Assembly: GCA_036488585.1 (NCBI GenBank)
Contig: DASXHH010000019.1
Coordinates: forward strand, 5,030-69,029
DNA: 64,000 bases
Direction of reading: 5' to 3'
Origin: Candidatus Saccharimonadia bacterium
Lineage (GTDB): Bacteria > Patescibacteriota > Saccharimonadia > UBA4664
The translations under genes were made by a program, and so were the position numbers. Of the stretch, positions 9,130 through 18,781 are shown piece after piece. The notes beneath the pieces are model-generated. The model was not told the origin of the DNA. It searched no databases and saw only the letters and a program-made list of their open reading frames with translations. Each line of letters begins with the position of its first letter. Within the stretch, counting starts at the first letter, position 1.

Positions 9130-10289
9130 ACCCACAAGTCATATCAGTCACCGAGTTTCTTAACATCATCAACGAGACGCTAAAGTTTGCCTATCCTCAA
9201 GTGGTAGTGGAGGGCGAGGTCTCTGGGTTTAACGTTAATCGTGGCAAATTCGTCTTCTTCGACCTTAAAGACCAAGAGAGCACTCTCAGCTGCTTCATGA
9301 TGGTGCATCAGCTTAAACTGCCAATCGAAGACGGCATGAAGGTGCGCGTCACCGGCTATCCTAAGATCTTTAACCGCTCAAGCAAATTCAGTATGACCGT
9401 CCAGAGCGTGGAGATAGCAGGGGAGGGCCAGCTGCGACGAGCCTTACAACTGCTCAAGAAGAAACTGGAAGGGGAGGGCCTGTTCGACCCAGCCCGCAAG
9501 CGACCGCTACCAAAATTCCCCGCCCGTATTGGCCTCATTACTTCCGGCGCTTCGGCCGCCTACGCCGACTTCATAAAGATTTTAAACGCTCGGTGGAGCG
9601 GCGTGGAGGTGATACTAGCCGACGTTGCCGTGCAGGGTAACCTGGCACCCGACCAGATCGTAGGCGCGCTCCAGTACTTTAACGAGCTTCGTGAACCCCC
9701 AGACACACTGGTGCTAATCCGCGGCGGCGGCTCGCTCGAGGACTTGATAGCGTTCTCTACCGAACCCGTCGCGCGCGCGGTCGCCGCCAGCCGCACGCCG
9801 ATCATCGTGGGAGTGGGCCACGAGGTGGACTTCTCGCTGGCCGACTTTGCCGCCGACGTCCGTGCCGCCACCCCCACCGATGCCGCACGCCTAGTGGTTC
9901 CGGATCGGCGCGAAATCGCTGCCCACATCGAGCACCTGGTAAGTCGCAGCGAATCACTACTCCATGCCGCCACCGCCGACCGCCGCAGCCGCATCGACCG
10001 CTCGCTGGCCCGTTTTGAGGCCTACCTACGCCTGCCACTCGAGCGCGTACAACAGCTGGAGCGCAGCCTCGAAGCCTTCGAGCGCGTCGTCCTCACCGAC
10101 CGTCGCCATCGCTTCGTCACGCTGGCCCGGGTCCTAAACAGTTTCAACCCGCAAGCCGTACTCAATCGCGGCTACGCCATCGTGCGCCATGACGGCGGCA
10201 TTTTGCGCGACCCCAAAGCCACGCAGGCCGGCCAGTCCATCGACGTCCAACTCGCCCGGGGATCACTCCGCGCCAACGTTAGCGAATAG
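9126..10289 (+). CDS. xseA: Exodeoxyribonuclease VII large subunit
   Basis: N-terminal OB fold plus ExoVII-large catalytic core (IGLITSGASAAYADF...LIRGGGSLEDL...VGHEVD). Confidence 0.9.
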   Translation: MNPQVISVTEFLNIINETLKFAYPQVVVEGEVSGFNVNRGKFVFFDLKDQESTLSCFMMVHQLKLPIEDGMKVRVTGYPKIFNRSSKFSMTVQSVEIAGEGQLRRALQLLKKKLEGEGLFDPARKRPLPKFPARIGLITSGASAAYADFIKILNARWSGVEVILADVAVQGNLAPDQIVGALQYFNELREPPDTLVLIRGGGSLEDLIAFSTEPVARAVAASRTPIIVGVGHEVDFSLADFAADVRAATPTDAARLVVPDRREIAAHIEHLVSRSESLLHAATADRRSRIDRSLARFEAYLRLPLERVQQLERSLEAFERVVLTDRRHRFVTLARVLNSFNPQAVLNRGYAIVRHDGGILRDPKATQAGQSIDVQLARGSLRANVSE

Positions 10290-10339
10290 GCTCTAACATT
10301 CTTCACATGCTACAATTACACCAGTAATCAGATAGGCCC

Positions 10340-10618
10340 GTGTCCACGAAACCATTCGAATTCGAGCAAGCCCTCAAGGAACTGGAAGACATAACCCGCT
10401 GGTTTGAATCAAGCGACGCCGACCTCGACCAGGGTCTGGTGAAATTCGAGCGCGGCATGGAGCTAGCGAGCCAGCTCAAGAACCACCTCACCTCGGTCGA
10501 GAACCGGGTAGAGAAGATTAAGCAGCGCTTCTCAGCCCCACCCCCAGCAGCAGCCCCAGCGTCCACCGCTACCGAGCCCAGCCCGGACACCGACGATCAA
10601 ACCGACCTGTTCGGGTAA
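10340..10618 (+). CDS. xseB: Exodeoxyribonuclease VII small subunit
   Basis: FEQALKELEDITRWFESSDADLDQGLVKFERGMELASQLKNHL matches XseB. Lies directly downstream of xseA. Pro/Ala-rich tail. Confidence 0.85.
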   Translation: MSTKPFEFEQALKELEDITRWFESSDADLDQGLVKFERGMELASQLKNHLTSVENRVEKIKQRFSAPPPAAAPASTATEPSPDTDDQTDLFG

Positions 10619-10622
10619 GATC

Positions 10623-11138
10623 GTGCTCATACTGCTAGTCTTAATCATCATCGCGGCCACCTTTAGCATCGCCAGCTTCGTGGGGGCCCCATATGTACCC
10701 ATCCTGCGCCGCGATAGCGAAGCGCTACTCAGTTTGGCCGATCTCAAGCCCGGCCAAACCCTCATTGACCTCGGTTCAGGCGACGGCCGCCTGCTGCGCG
10801 CTGCTGCCGCCCGCGGCATCCGCGGCATCGGCTACGAGATCAACCCTATCATGATCGCCATCTCGCGCCTGGTGTGCTGGCGTTACCGTCACCTCATCAC
10901 AATTCACTTGGCCGACTTCTGGCAAACCAAGCTGCCGCCCGCCGACGTCGTTTATGTTTTTCTCTTGCCCAAATACATGCTCAAACTCGATCAACACCTG
11001 GCCAACCAAATCCACCAACCCACCCGTCTAATCTCTTATGCCTTCGAAATTCCGGACAAACCCAGCCTCATCCGTACCCGCAATACCTTCGTCTACGAGT
11101 ACGGCACCCAGATAGCAGCCCCCAGCTTGAACAACTAG
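10623..11138 (+). CDS. Small class I SAM-dependent methyltransferase with N-terminal TM helix
   Basis: LIDLGSGDGRL motif I. About 170 aa. Substrate unknown. Confidence 0.55.
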   Translation: MLILLVLIIIAATFSIASFVGAPYVPILRRDSEALLSLADLKPGQTLIDLGSGDGRLLRAAAARGIRGIGYEINPIMIAISRLVCWRYRHLITIHLADFWQTKLPPADVVYVFLLPKYMLKLDQHLANQIHQPTRLISYAFEIPDKPSLIRTRNTFVYEYGTQIAAPSLNN

Positions 11139-11164
11139 CCGTAAAGTTATAGCATAAGCATAAT

Positions 11165-11974
11165 ATGGATAATCAATCCGTCACCCCTGAGGGCCTACAG
11201 CCCACCGCCCCAACCGCCGGAACCGCCCCCGGGCCTCTGCCAGTCTCGTCGCACGTTGCAGCTCCCACGCCCTCGATGGGTCCGCTAACCAAGCTGCCTG
11301 GCTTCAACTCGGGCGGCGGCGCTGGTTTTGGCACGTCCGGAGGCGGCGGTAGCCCGCTCATGATCGTATTGATTGTCCTGCTCGGCCTCGGCGCCGTCGT
11401 CTTCGCCGGCATGACGCTCGTGGAATTCAACGCTGCCAGCACCGCCTCTAAAAACCTCCAGGCCAAAGAAGCCGCCGCCGCTGACGTCGCCAAAGCCACC
11501 CAAAAGAAGGCCGACGACGAAGCCTACAGTATTGCCGGCGAATCACCGTTCCGTGATTACGTGGCACCGGTCGAAGACGGCTCCTTCCAGATCGCGTTCC
11601 CCAAAGACTGGAGTAGCTACGTCGACCAGGAAACCAGTGGCACCCAAGTGAGCCTAGCCCTTAACCCCGACTTTATCCGTCGCACCAACGCCACCGACGA
11701 GCTCATGGCAGCCCGTGTCCAGCTTATCGAACGCGGTTCCGACCAGTACATGAACGCATTTACCAGTTATGTTAAGCAGGGTACCCTTAAACAATCCGAT
11801 ATTACCATCTCGGGTCTTCATGGTTACGACCTCACCGGCCAATTCTCCGACAAAAAAACCACTCGCGAAATAGTCATCCCAGTCCGGGACAAAGTCTTAG
11901 TTTTCATCAATGAAAACAGCAAATACGCCAACGAGTTCAACCAGATCTTGGCCCAGTCAAAAATCATTCCTTAG
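11165..11974 (+). CDS. Hypothetical membrane-anchored protein
   Basis: Pro/Gly-rich N-terminal region and a single TM helix (LMIVLIVLLGLGAVVFAG). About 190 aa extracytoplasmic domain. No recognisable family. Confidence 0.5.
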   Translation: MDNQSVTPEGLQPTAPTAGTAPGPLPVSSHVAAPTPSMGPLTKLPGFNSGGGAGFGTSGGGGSPLMIVLIVLLGLGAVVFAGMTLVEFNAASTASKNLQAKEAAAADVAKATQKKADDEAYSIAGESPFRDYVAPVEDGSFQIAFPKDWSSYVDQETSGTQVSLALNPDFIRRTNATDELMAARVQLIERGSDQYMNAFTSYVKQGTLKQSDITISGLHGYDLTGQFSDKKTTREIVIPVRDKVLVFINENSKYANEFNQILAQSKIIP

Positions 11975-12085
11975 TCAATAGCAAAAATTAATTAAAGTTG
12001 CGCTTAATCGACGGCATATCCATCCGTCTCATGCTTGAGCGGCCCATCTTAATGATGCTAACTTGATGGGAGAAAGGTGCTACGG

Positions 12086-15000
12086 ATGGCACATAGCAAG
12101 CCTGAGGTAATAGACAAAAACCTTACGGTCGCACAACTCAACAGCCTCATGAGCGACCTTGAGCAGGCCGGGACGCCCGCACGCCTGTTAAAACTGCTAA
12201 CTTCTACCCTAACGTCATTCACCGACAGCCCGGTAACGGCGTTCTCGTACGATGTAGCTGGCTTGCCGAGTTATGTCGACGAGCACGCTCTACCGGCCGA
12301 GCTCCACGGGCAAGTCAAATACCCGGGACTATCGGCCAACACCCGCCAACCAACAGCCATGGCCGCCGATTGGCCCAAACACTCAGATGTCACCACAATT
12401 GCCCGCAAACTAGACCTACCAGAACCCAGGCTTTATTTACTGGAAGTAGACGGCGAACATATGGGCGGCCTCATATTCTGGAACCCACCTGTACTTCGCG
12501 GCGAGTCTGGAGCTATCCTCGAATTGCTCATGCGCTGCGGCTGTTCCACCCTGCGCTCCATTCAGCTAGCCGAGGCCGTCAAAACGAACCTAGCCGAAAC
12601 CATGGCTCTCCAGCGCATCACGCAGGCCATTACCCGCTCGCTCGACTTTGACAAAGTGTCGTCCACGCTGCTACGCCACGCCCGCAAGCTGTTCCACGCC
12701 GACGCTGCCGCCCTCGCCCTCGTTAGCCCCGACGGCAGCGAGTACTATGTGGACCAATCTGTTGGCATGAGCCCCGACTACGCCGCCAAGCTACGCATAA
12801 AGGCTAGCTCCAAGCTGGCTCAGCGCATCCTGCGCAATGGCACACCCGTACAGTTATACGACGTTTCCGACGCCCCGTTCTCGGGTGACAAAGAAGCCAC
12901 CGCCCGCGAGGGGATCAAGTCGGTACTACTAGCACCCATCTTTTCGGGCGGCCAGCCGGTGGGCGCATTGGGCCTGGTGTCCAAAACCCCCCGCCACTTT
13001 GTGTACTCCGAGCTCCGTTTTAGCCAGAGCCTAGCCGAGCAAGCCGGCATAGCCTTCGCCAACGCCACCCTCCATACCAACCTCCAAAAAGCCTCACTCG
13101 AAATCGAGCAGACCCGCAAGCTCATGCGCGATGGATTACTAGTGTTCGATCTCGACAAGCGCCTGCGCTACTACAACGCCGCCGCCGGCTCCCTCCTAAA
13201 GCTATCCGAGGACCGCCTCAACAAGGCTATGCCGCCTGACGAAATACTGGTCCGCGCCAAGCTCACCGCTGATGAACCAGGTAAATTTGAGCACAGCCTC
13301 AATGCCGCACTCGAGGGCCAAACTAGCCGCAGCGACTTTTCCTCCCCCGGCCATGAACACTCCCACTACGAAGCCGTCACCACGCCGTACCGCGACACCA
13401 AGAGCAAATTAGTCGGCATTTTGGTCAACATTCGCGACATCACGGCCCTTTATCACGAAAAAGAGAAGTTCCAGATCATTCAAAGTAACATCTCAGATGG
13501 ACTCATGATGGTCGAGGCCAATGGTCGGGTCATCGAGCACAACGATGAATGGAAGCGCCTCTTCAACATCGACGAGCAGCTGGCTGGCCAAAACTTTGTC
13601 GACATCCTCAACTTGTGTAAGGACTTCACCATAGACCGTCCACCAAGCAATATGCTCTCAGAGGTGCTGGGTGGCAAACGCATCACCTCATATGGCCAGT
13701 TCGAGACCCGCGGCCGGCACATCCAAATGGCCCTCAGTCCCGTCATGTCCGCCGGCCAGGTCACCGGCGTTGTAGTCACTGCCCGTGACATCACTCCGCT
13801 AATCGAAAAGACCGTCGAGGCCAACGAGATGGCGGCCAAGGCCCAACGCCACCTCCGCGAGCTATCCCAGTTGGCCGAACTATCCGGCATCGTGGGCTTT
13901 AATGTGTCTAACATTTTCCAAAAATACCTCGCTAAAACCGCTTCGCTCATCGATTGCACCTCGGTCAGTATCTACCTCTATGACCCCATCGAGCAGCAGC
14001 TAATCCGACGCCAAACCACCAGCCCCGGACCCGACGATCAGCCCACACTCGAGCTAGGTTCGGCCCACCCGGCCGCGCAAGCCCTCGCCACCCGCAACGC
14101 CGTGCGATCACGGCCTGACGATGCCATCACCTACCATCAGCTCGCCGTACCCATAACGCACCATTCCAAATCGCTCGGATCCCTGCTCGTAGGCCGGCAC
14201 GAACGGCCCTTCGGCGAACACGAAACCCGGCTAGCCCGCCTGGTAGCTACCCGTTTGGCCGTACTGGTCGAGAACGCCAACCTCTACCACGACGTCAACG
14301 CCCGCCGCGAGCGCTGGGAGGCCGTCTTCCGCTTCACCGACGAAGGCATTGTGATCTTCGATCGCTCCGGCTCCATCGTCGGCTTTAACCCGGCCTCCAC
14401 CGAGATCACGCAGTACCTAGCCGCCGAAGCCATCGGCAAGCCATTCAGTAAAATCATCCAGACTGTCGGCCCCGACGATGTCACCAACAGCCCTAATCCG
14501 CTCGAGCGAGTGCTGGGCGAGGGCGTCACCATCGCCAAGAGCGAGCAGCTCATCCTCAACCGCACCGGCAACCGCATCTGGACCGAAATCAGCTACTCGC
14601 CAATCTTCGACGATGCCGGCCGTATCACCTCTGGCATCGCCATCATCCGCAACACCACCAAAGACCGCGAAGTGGAAGAGATTAAGAGCGACTTCATTAG
14701 CATCGTGTCCCACGAGCTCCGCACGCCGCTCACTGCCATCAAGGGCTTCCTCTCCATGACGCTCAAAAACGATTTCGGCCAGTTATCCGAAAAACAGTTC
14801 CATTACCTTAGTCGCGTCTACCAATCCAACCAGCGCATGATCGACTTAGTGGAAGACCTCATGGACGCCACCTACATCGAATCCGGCAAGATCAACCTCA
14901 CCATCTCGCCTGTAGCCATGGAATCCGTAATCTCAGAAGTAGTATCCGAGCTAGCAGGCAAAGGCGCCGCCAACCAGATCATGATCAACGTCCGCCGCCG

Positions 15001-15382
15001 CCAGCGCCTACCGCTTGTCCTAGCGGACGAAACCCGCCTCCACCAGATTGTGCTCAATCTGGTGGATAATGCCATCAAGTATTCCATGCCTGGCACTACC
15101 GTGGAGGTCGATTTCAAAATCCAAGACGACGAACTCATCACGACCGTCTCCGACCACGGTGTCGGCATCTCCAAGAACCAGATCGACCGCCTCTTCACCA
15201 AATTCGGCCGCATCTTCAACCCGCTGTCAGTTCAGGCCGGCGGCACCGGCTTAGGCCTCTACATCGTCAAGAACCTTGTAGAGTCCCACGGGGGGCGTAT
15301 CTGGGTCACCAGTATTGAGGGTAGGGGAAGTAAGTTCCATTTTTCCCTCCCCATTGCCAAACAACTTCCACTTCTAAACTAA
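12086..15382 (+). CDS. Cytoplasmic multi-sensor (GAF/PAS) histidine kinase
   Basis: Several GAF-like and PAS-like blocks. HisKA H-box (IVSHELRTPLTAIKGF) and HATPase_c (N, G1 and G2 boxes: DNAIKYS...DHGVGI...GGTGLGL). No TM segments. Start chosen at ATG 12086 after GGGAGAAAGG. The ORF track opens at 12077. Confidence 0.85.
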   Translation: MAHSKPEVIDKNLTVAQLNSLMSDLEQAGTPARLLKLLTSTLTSFTDSPVTAFSYDVAGLPSYVDEHALPAELHGQVKYPGLSANTRQPTAMAADWPKHSDVTTIARKLDLPEPRLYLLEVDGEHMGGLIFWNPPVLRGESGAILELLMRCGCSTLRSIQLAEAVKTNLAETMALQRITQAITRSLDFDKVSSTLLRHARKLFHADAAALALVSPDGSEYYVDQSVGMSPDYAAKLRIKASSKLAQRILRNGTPVQLYDVSDAPFSGDKEATAREGIKSVLLAPIFSGGQPVGALGLVSKTPRHFVYSELRFSQSLAEQAGIAFANATLHTNLQKASLEIEQTRKLMRDGLLVFDLDKRLRYYNAAAGSLLKLSEDRLNKAMPPDEILVRAKLTADEPGKFEHSLNAALEGQTSRSDFSSPGHEHSHYEAVTTPYRDTKSKLVGILVNIRDITALYHEKEKFQIIQSNISDGLMMVEANGRVIEHNDEWKRLFNIDEQLAGQNFVDILNLCKDFTIDRPPSNMLSEVLGGKRITSYGQFETRGRHIQMALSPVMSAGQVTGVVVTARDITPLIEKTVEANEMAAKAQRHLRELSQLAELSGIVGFNVSNIFQKYLAKTASLIDCTSVSIYLYDPIEQQLIRRQTTSPGPDDQPTLELGSAHPAAQALATRNAVRSRPDDAITYHQLAVPITHHSKSLGSLLVGRHERPFGEHETRLARLVATRLAVLVENANLYHDVNARRERWEAVFRFTDEGIVIFDRSGSIVGFNPASTEITQYLAAEAIGKPFSKIIQTVGPDDVTNSPNPLERVLGEGVTIAKSEQLILNRTGNRIWTEISYSPIFDDAGRITSGIAIIRNTTKDREVEEIKSDFISIVSHELRTPLTAIKGFLSMTLKNDFGQLSEKQFHYLSRVYQSNQRMIDLVEDLMDATYIESGKINLTISPVAMESVISEVVSELAGKGAANQIMINVRRRQRLPLVLADETRLHQIVLNLVDNAIKYSMPGTTVEVDFKIQDDELITTVSDHGVGISKNQIDRLFTKFGRIFNPLSVQAGGTGLGLYIVKNLVESHGGRIWVTSIEGRGSKFHFSLPIAKQLPLLN

Positions 15383-15445
15383 TTCTTAACTAATAAAGTT
15401 TGCCCGAAAAATATCATTTGTTAAACTAGCCTAAAGGAGTCGCAC

Positions 15446-15850
15446 ATGGCAAAGATTTTACTGGTAGAAGATGACGCGATCCTGGTAGAAATGTACCAGG
15501 CCAAATTTGAACTGGAAGGCCACGAAGTCAGAGTTGCTACCAACGGTGAGGAATGTCTAAACATCCTTAAGGAATTCCACCCCGAACTCATCTTGCTCGA
15601 TATCCTCATGCCCAAACTCAACGGCTTCCATGTGCTCAAAGAGATCAAGAAGCAGCCCGACATGCGCCAGATCCCGGTAATTTTGCTTACCAACCTGGGC
15701 CAGGCAGAAGTCGATATGAACCAGGAACTGGCCAAGGCCCTCGGCGTCAACGACTACCTCATCAAGAGTCACCACACGCCGGACGAAGTGGTCCAAAAGG
15801 CGGTCAAGGTGCTTAAATCCACCGGCTCAGCCTCCAGCAAAGCCGATTAG
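15446..15850 (+). CDS. Single-domain response regulator (CheY-like receiver only)
   Basis: KILLVEDD...LILLDILMP...VILLTN...DYLIK. AAAGGAG SD upstream. Paralog of the 4615 gene. Confidence 0.85.
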   Translation: MAKILLVEDDAILVEMYQAKFELEGHEVRVATNGEECLNILKEFHPELILLDILMPKLNGFHVLKEIKKQPDMRQIPVILLTNLGQAEVDMNQELAKALGVNDYLIKSHHTPDEVVQKAVKVLKSTGSASSKAD

Positions 15851-15851
15851 C

Positions 15852-16307
15852 ATGCTCGACCTAGCGCAAGTGTTACTGCGCGAAACCCGCCACGTAGCTA
15901 TCGCCACCGTCAACACCGACGGTTCGCCGCATTGCTCGCCAGTATTCATGGTGTTCGACGAGCGCCTCCGTGGTATTTGGTCGTCAGACCCACGTTCACT
16001 TCATTCCCACAACATTGACCGCACCGGCCAAGCCTTTTTGGTACTGTTCAACCCCGAGCACGGCGGCGGTCTGTACATCAAAGCACGCGCCAAGCCGGTA
16101 GGGGAGCCCGACCTGGAACAAGCTTATGCTACCTACAAATCGTCCGGCCACCCGGTTGCAGACCTCTCGTCCTACTCCAGCGGCGCACCGCAGCAGCTCT
16201 ACCACGCCACTCCCGAGCAAATCTGGGTTAACCAATCCCAAAAAGACCCCCGCGGCGTTATTATCCACGACCATCGGATCGAGATCCCGCTCGACCAACT
16301 ACTATAA
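15852..16307 (+). CDS. Pyridoxamine 5'-phosphate oxidase-like FMN-binding split-barrel protein (tentative)
   Basis: RHVAIATVNTDGSPHCSPVFMVFDE is a PNPOx-like N-terminal motif. About 150 aa. Confidence 0.5.
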   Translation: MLDLAQVLLRETRHVAIATVNTDGSPHCSPVFMVFDERLRGIWSSDPRSLHSHNIDRTGQAFLVLFNPEHGGGLYIKARAKPVGEPDLEQAYATYKSSGHPVADLSSYSSGAPQQLYHATPEQIWVNQSQKDPRGVIIHDHRIEIPLDQLL

Positions 16308-16314
16308 TCAAACC

Positions 16315-17040
16315 ATGCCCACCTACCAAACCACCGGTATCGTCATCGGCCGCACCAACTTCGGGGAGGCCGACCGGATCGTGCGCTTCCTAACCCCCGA
16401 GCACGGCAAGGTCAGCGCGGTTGCCAAAGGCGTGCGCAAAATCAAAAGTCGCGCAGCCGGACACCTTGAACTATTCGGCGAGGTTAGCCTCATGCTCGCC
16501 ACCGGCCGCAACCTTGACGTCGTCACCTCGGCTCGGCTCATTTGGTATCCGCACCGCCTCAGTACCGCTCACATCGACCTGGGGCTAGCCTTTGTGATGG
16601 CCACCGCCGCCGATCGCCTCACCGAGCCAGGGCAGGGGAGCTACAAACTCTACGAAACCCTGCGCGAGGCCGTGCACGCCCTCGAGAACTCCGGTGCCAG
16701 CCCAACCCTCGAGCTGTGGTTCAAATTGCGATTACTCGACAACCTAGGCTACCGGCCGGAGCTCACCGCCTGCACTCTGTGCGGCCGCCACGATGCCTCC
16801 ACCGATTACTACTTCGATCCCGCCCGCGGCGGCATCACCTGCGCCGCTGATGCATCAGCCACCGCCCGCCCCATCAGTCAAGCCGCCATCAAGCTTTGGC
16901 GACTACTGTCCGATTACCCCTACGCCACCGTCTCCAGTATCGCTGACGCGCCCACCCTGGCCACCCAAACCCTCGAGTTCTGCGACCAATTCTACGAGCA
17001 CCATCTAGGACGCGCCTTCCGACCCTATCTGGTACAATAG
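16315..17040 (+). CDS. recO: DNA repair protein RecO
   Basis: GIVIGRTNFGEADRIVRFLTPEHGKV matches the RecO N-terminal OB domain. C4 zinc motif CTLCG...CAAD. The ORF track start at 16126 is an in-frame upstream extension. A TATAAT at 16299-16304 lies 6 nt before the ATG at 16315. Confidence 0.85.
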   Translation: MPTYQTTGIVIGRTNFGEADRIVRFLTPEHGKVSAVAKGVRKIKSRAAGHLELFGEVSLMLATGRNLDVVTSARLIWYPHRLSTAHIDLGLAFVMATAADRLTEPGQGSYKLYETLREAVHALENSGASPTLELWFKLRLLDNLGYRPELTACTLCGRHDASTDYYFDPARGGITCAADASATARPISQAAIKLWRLLSDYPYATVSSIADAPTLATQTLEFCDQFYEHHLGRAFRPYLVQ

Positions 17041-17063
17041 CTGGCGTAATCAACAAGGTCCCC

Positions 17064-17369
17064 ATGCCCGAATCCACGTCCGAACTCGCCTGGCAGCTCG
17101 CCGACTACCAAGCCGCCGGAATGGAGCCGCCCCGTCGTCTCGCGGCCAACCCCGACCTAACTGAAGGCGAGGTCATGACTGACGAAGAAGTCGAAGCTTA
17201 CATTACCGACTCCATCGCCACCCTACGCATCCTGGCCGACCGCCAATCCGACCGTTATGACGCCATCTACGAGTGCTATTGCTCGGACCTCAAATACTTG
17301 ACAAGTCTTGGAAGAATGAGTGAAGACGACTATAATGAGCTCACTTCACTAGACAACTTACGGTTTTAA
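17064..17369 (+). CDS. Hypothetical small acidic protein
   Basis: 101 aa, Asp/Glu-rich, no recognisable family. Its 3' end contains TTGGAA-N17-TATAAT (17309-17337), which could drive glyQS. Confidence 0.4.
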   Translation: MPESTSELAWQLADYQAAGMEPPRRLAANPDLTEGEVMTDEEVEAYITDSIATLRILADRQSDRYDAIYECYCSDLKYLTSLGRMSEDDYNELTSLDNLRF

Positions 17370-17378
17370 AAGCAAATT

Positions 17379-18779
17379 ATGACCAAAACCAATCCCACCA
17401 CTCTCGATACTCTCGTTGCGCTCGCCAAACGGCGCGGTTTTATTTTCCAGGGTTCCGATATCTACGGCGGCATGGCCGGCATGTACGATTACGGCCCGTA
17501 CGGTGTCGAGCTCCTAAACAACCTCAAAAAAGCTTGGTGGAAAGAGCACATCTACGATCGCGACGATTTTTTTGGACTCGATTCCGCAATTTTCAAAGTG
17601 CCGAAGGTCTGGGAGGCCTCCGGCCACACCGCCGGCTTCGCCGATCCTCTAGCGGAATGCAAAACCTGTAATACTCGTATCCGTGTCGACAAAGAGCTAG
17701 AACAAATTGGTATCAAGGCCGACGAAAAAATGTCGGAAGCCGAGCTGCAAAAACTTTTCGACGCCAATCGCGACAAGCTAAAGTGTCCAAAATGCGGTTC
17801 GAAAAATTTCGGTCCCGTACGCATGTTCAACTTATTGGTAAAAACAAACATGGGCGACTTTACGGGCGATATTAATGCCGTACCGATTTACTTACCGGGC
17901 GAAGCATCCCAGGGCATCTACTTAAACTTTAAGAATGTGGTCGATACGACTCCGGCCAAAGTTCCGTTTGGTATCGCCCAAATTGGCAAGGCCTTCCGCA
18001 ACGAAATATCACCGCGCAACTTTATTTTCCGTACCCGCGAGCTAGAGCAAGCTGACACGCAATATTTTGTTCGACCCAACGAGAATAAAGAGCGCTACGA
18101 GCAGATTAAAAAAGATCGCTTGGAATGGTATGTGCGCATGGGTATCAAGCGGGAAAACCTACGCTTAAAACAGCACGACAATCTAGTCTTTTACGCCGCT
18201 GACGCTTGGGACATCGAATACAATTTCCCAAGCCTTGGCTTTGATGAGCTCGAAGGTATCCACGACCGCACCGATTATGACTTAACTCAACATTCAAAAT
18301 TCTCGGGCACCGATTTGTCCTACAGCGATCCAGCAACGGGGGAGAAGTATATCCCTTGGATCCTGGAAACATCTGTCGGAATGGGCCGCATGTTCTTGGC
18401 GTTTTTGAGCGATGCCTACCACGAAGAAGATGTTAATGGCGAAACCCGAACCGTTTTGAAGCTAAATCCCGAGCTCGCTCCGGTAAAAGTCATGGTCAGC
18501 CCACTGCTAAAAAACAAACCCGAGCTGGTTGCCAAAGCCCGCACCGTCTTTAAGGACGTGAAGGGCGAATTTGGCGCCGTGGCCTGGGACGACAATGGCA
18601 ACATCGGCAAACGCTACCGCCGTCAGGACGAAATCGGCACGCCACTGTGTGTCACCGTCGACTTCGACACCCTCGAAGACCAAGCGGTCACCGTCCGTCA
18701 TCGCGACACGATGAAGCAAACTCGCATTAAAATCGCCGAGCTGAGCGAGGAGCTGCGACGGCAGCTGGCCGCCTTCTAG
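17379..18779 (+). CDS. glyQS: Glycine--tRNA ligase (alpha2 dimeric type)
   Basis: RRGFIFQGSDIYGGMAGMYDYGPYG...FRNEISPRNFIFRTREL are class II motifs typical of GlyRS. About 466 aa. Confidence 0.9.
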   Translation: MTKTNPTTLDTLVALAKRRGFIFQGSDIYGGMAGMYDYGPYGVELLNNLKKAWWKEHIYDRDDFFGLDSAIFKVPKVWEASGHTAGFADPLAECKTCNTRIRVDKELEQIGIKADEKMSEAELQKLFDANRDKLKCPKCGSKNFGPVRMFNLLVKTNMGDFTGDINAVPIYLPGEASQGIYLNFKNVVDTTPAKVPFGIAQIGKAFRNEISPRNFIFRTRELEQADTQYFVRPNENKERYEQIKKDRLEWYVRMGIKRENLRLKQHDNLVFYAADAWDIEYNFPSLGFDELEGIHDRTDYDLTQHSKFSGTDLSYSDPATGEKYIPWILETSVGMGRMFLAFLSDAYHEEDVNGETRTVLKLNPELAPVKVMVSPLLKNKPELVAKARTVFKDVKGEFGAVAWDDNGNIGKRYRRQDEIGTPLCVTVDFDTLEDQAVTVRHRDTMKQTRIKIAELSEELRRQLAAF

Positions 18780-18781
18780 CC

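Noticed and set aside
16126-16314. Longer 304-aa RecO ORF starting at 16126 and overlapping the PNPOx-like gene
   Set aside because: The upstream extension is low-complexity (Pro/Ser/Thr-rich) and overlaps the preceding gene. The canonical RecO N-terminus (MPTYQTTGIVIGRT) starts at 16315.
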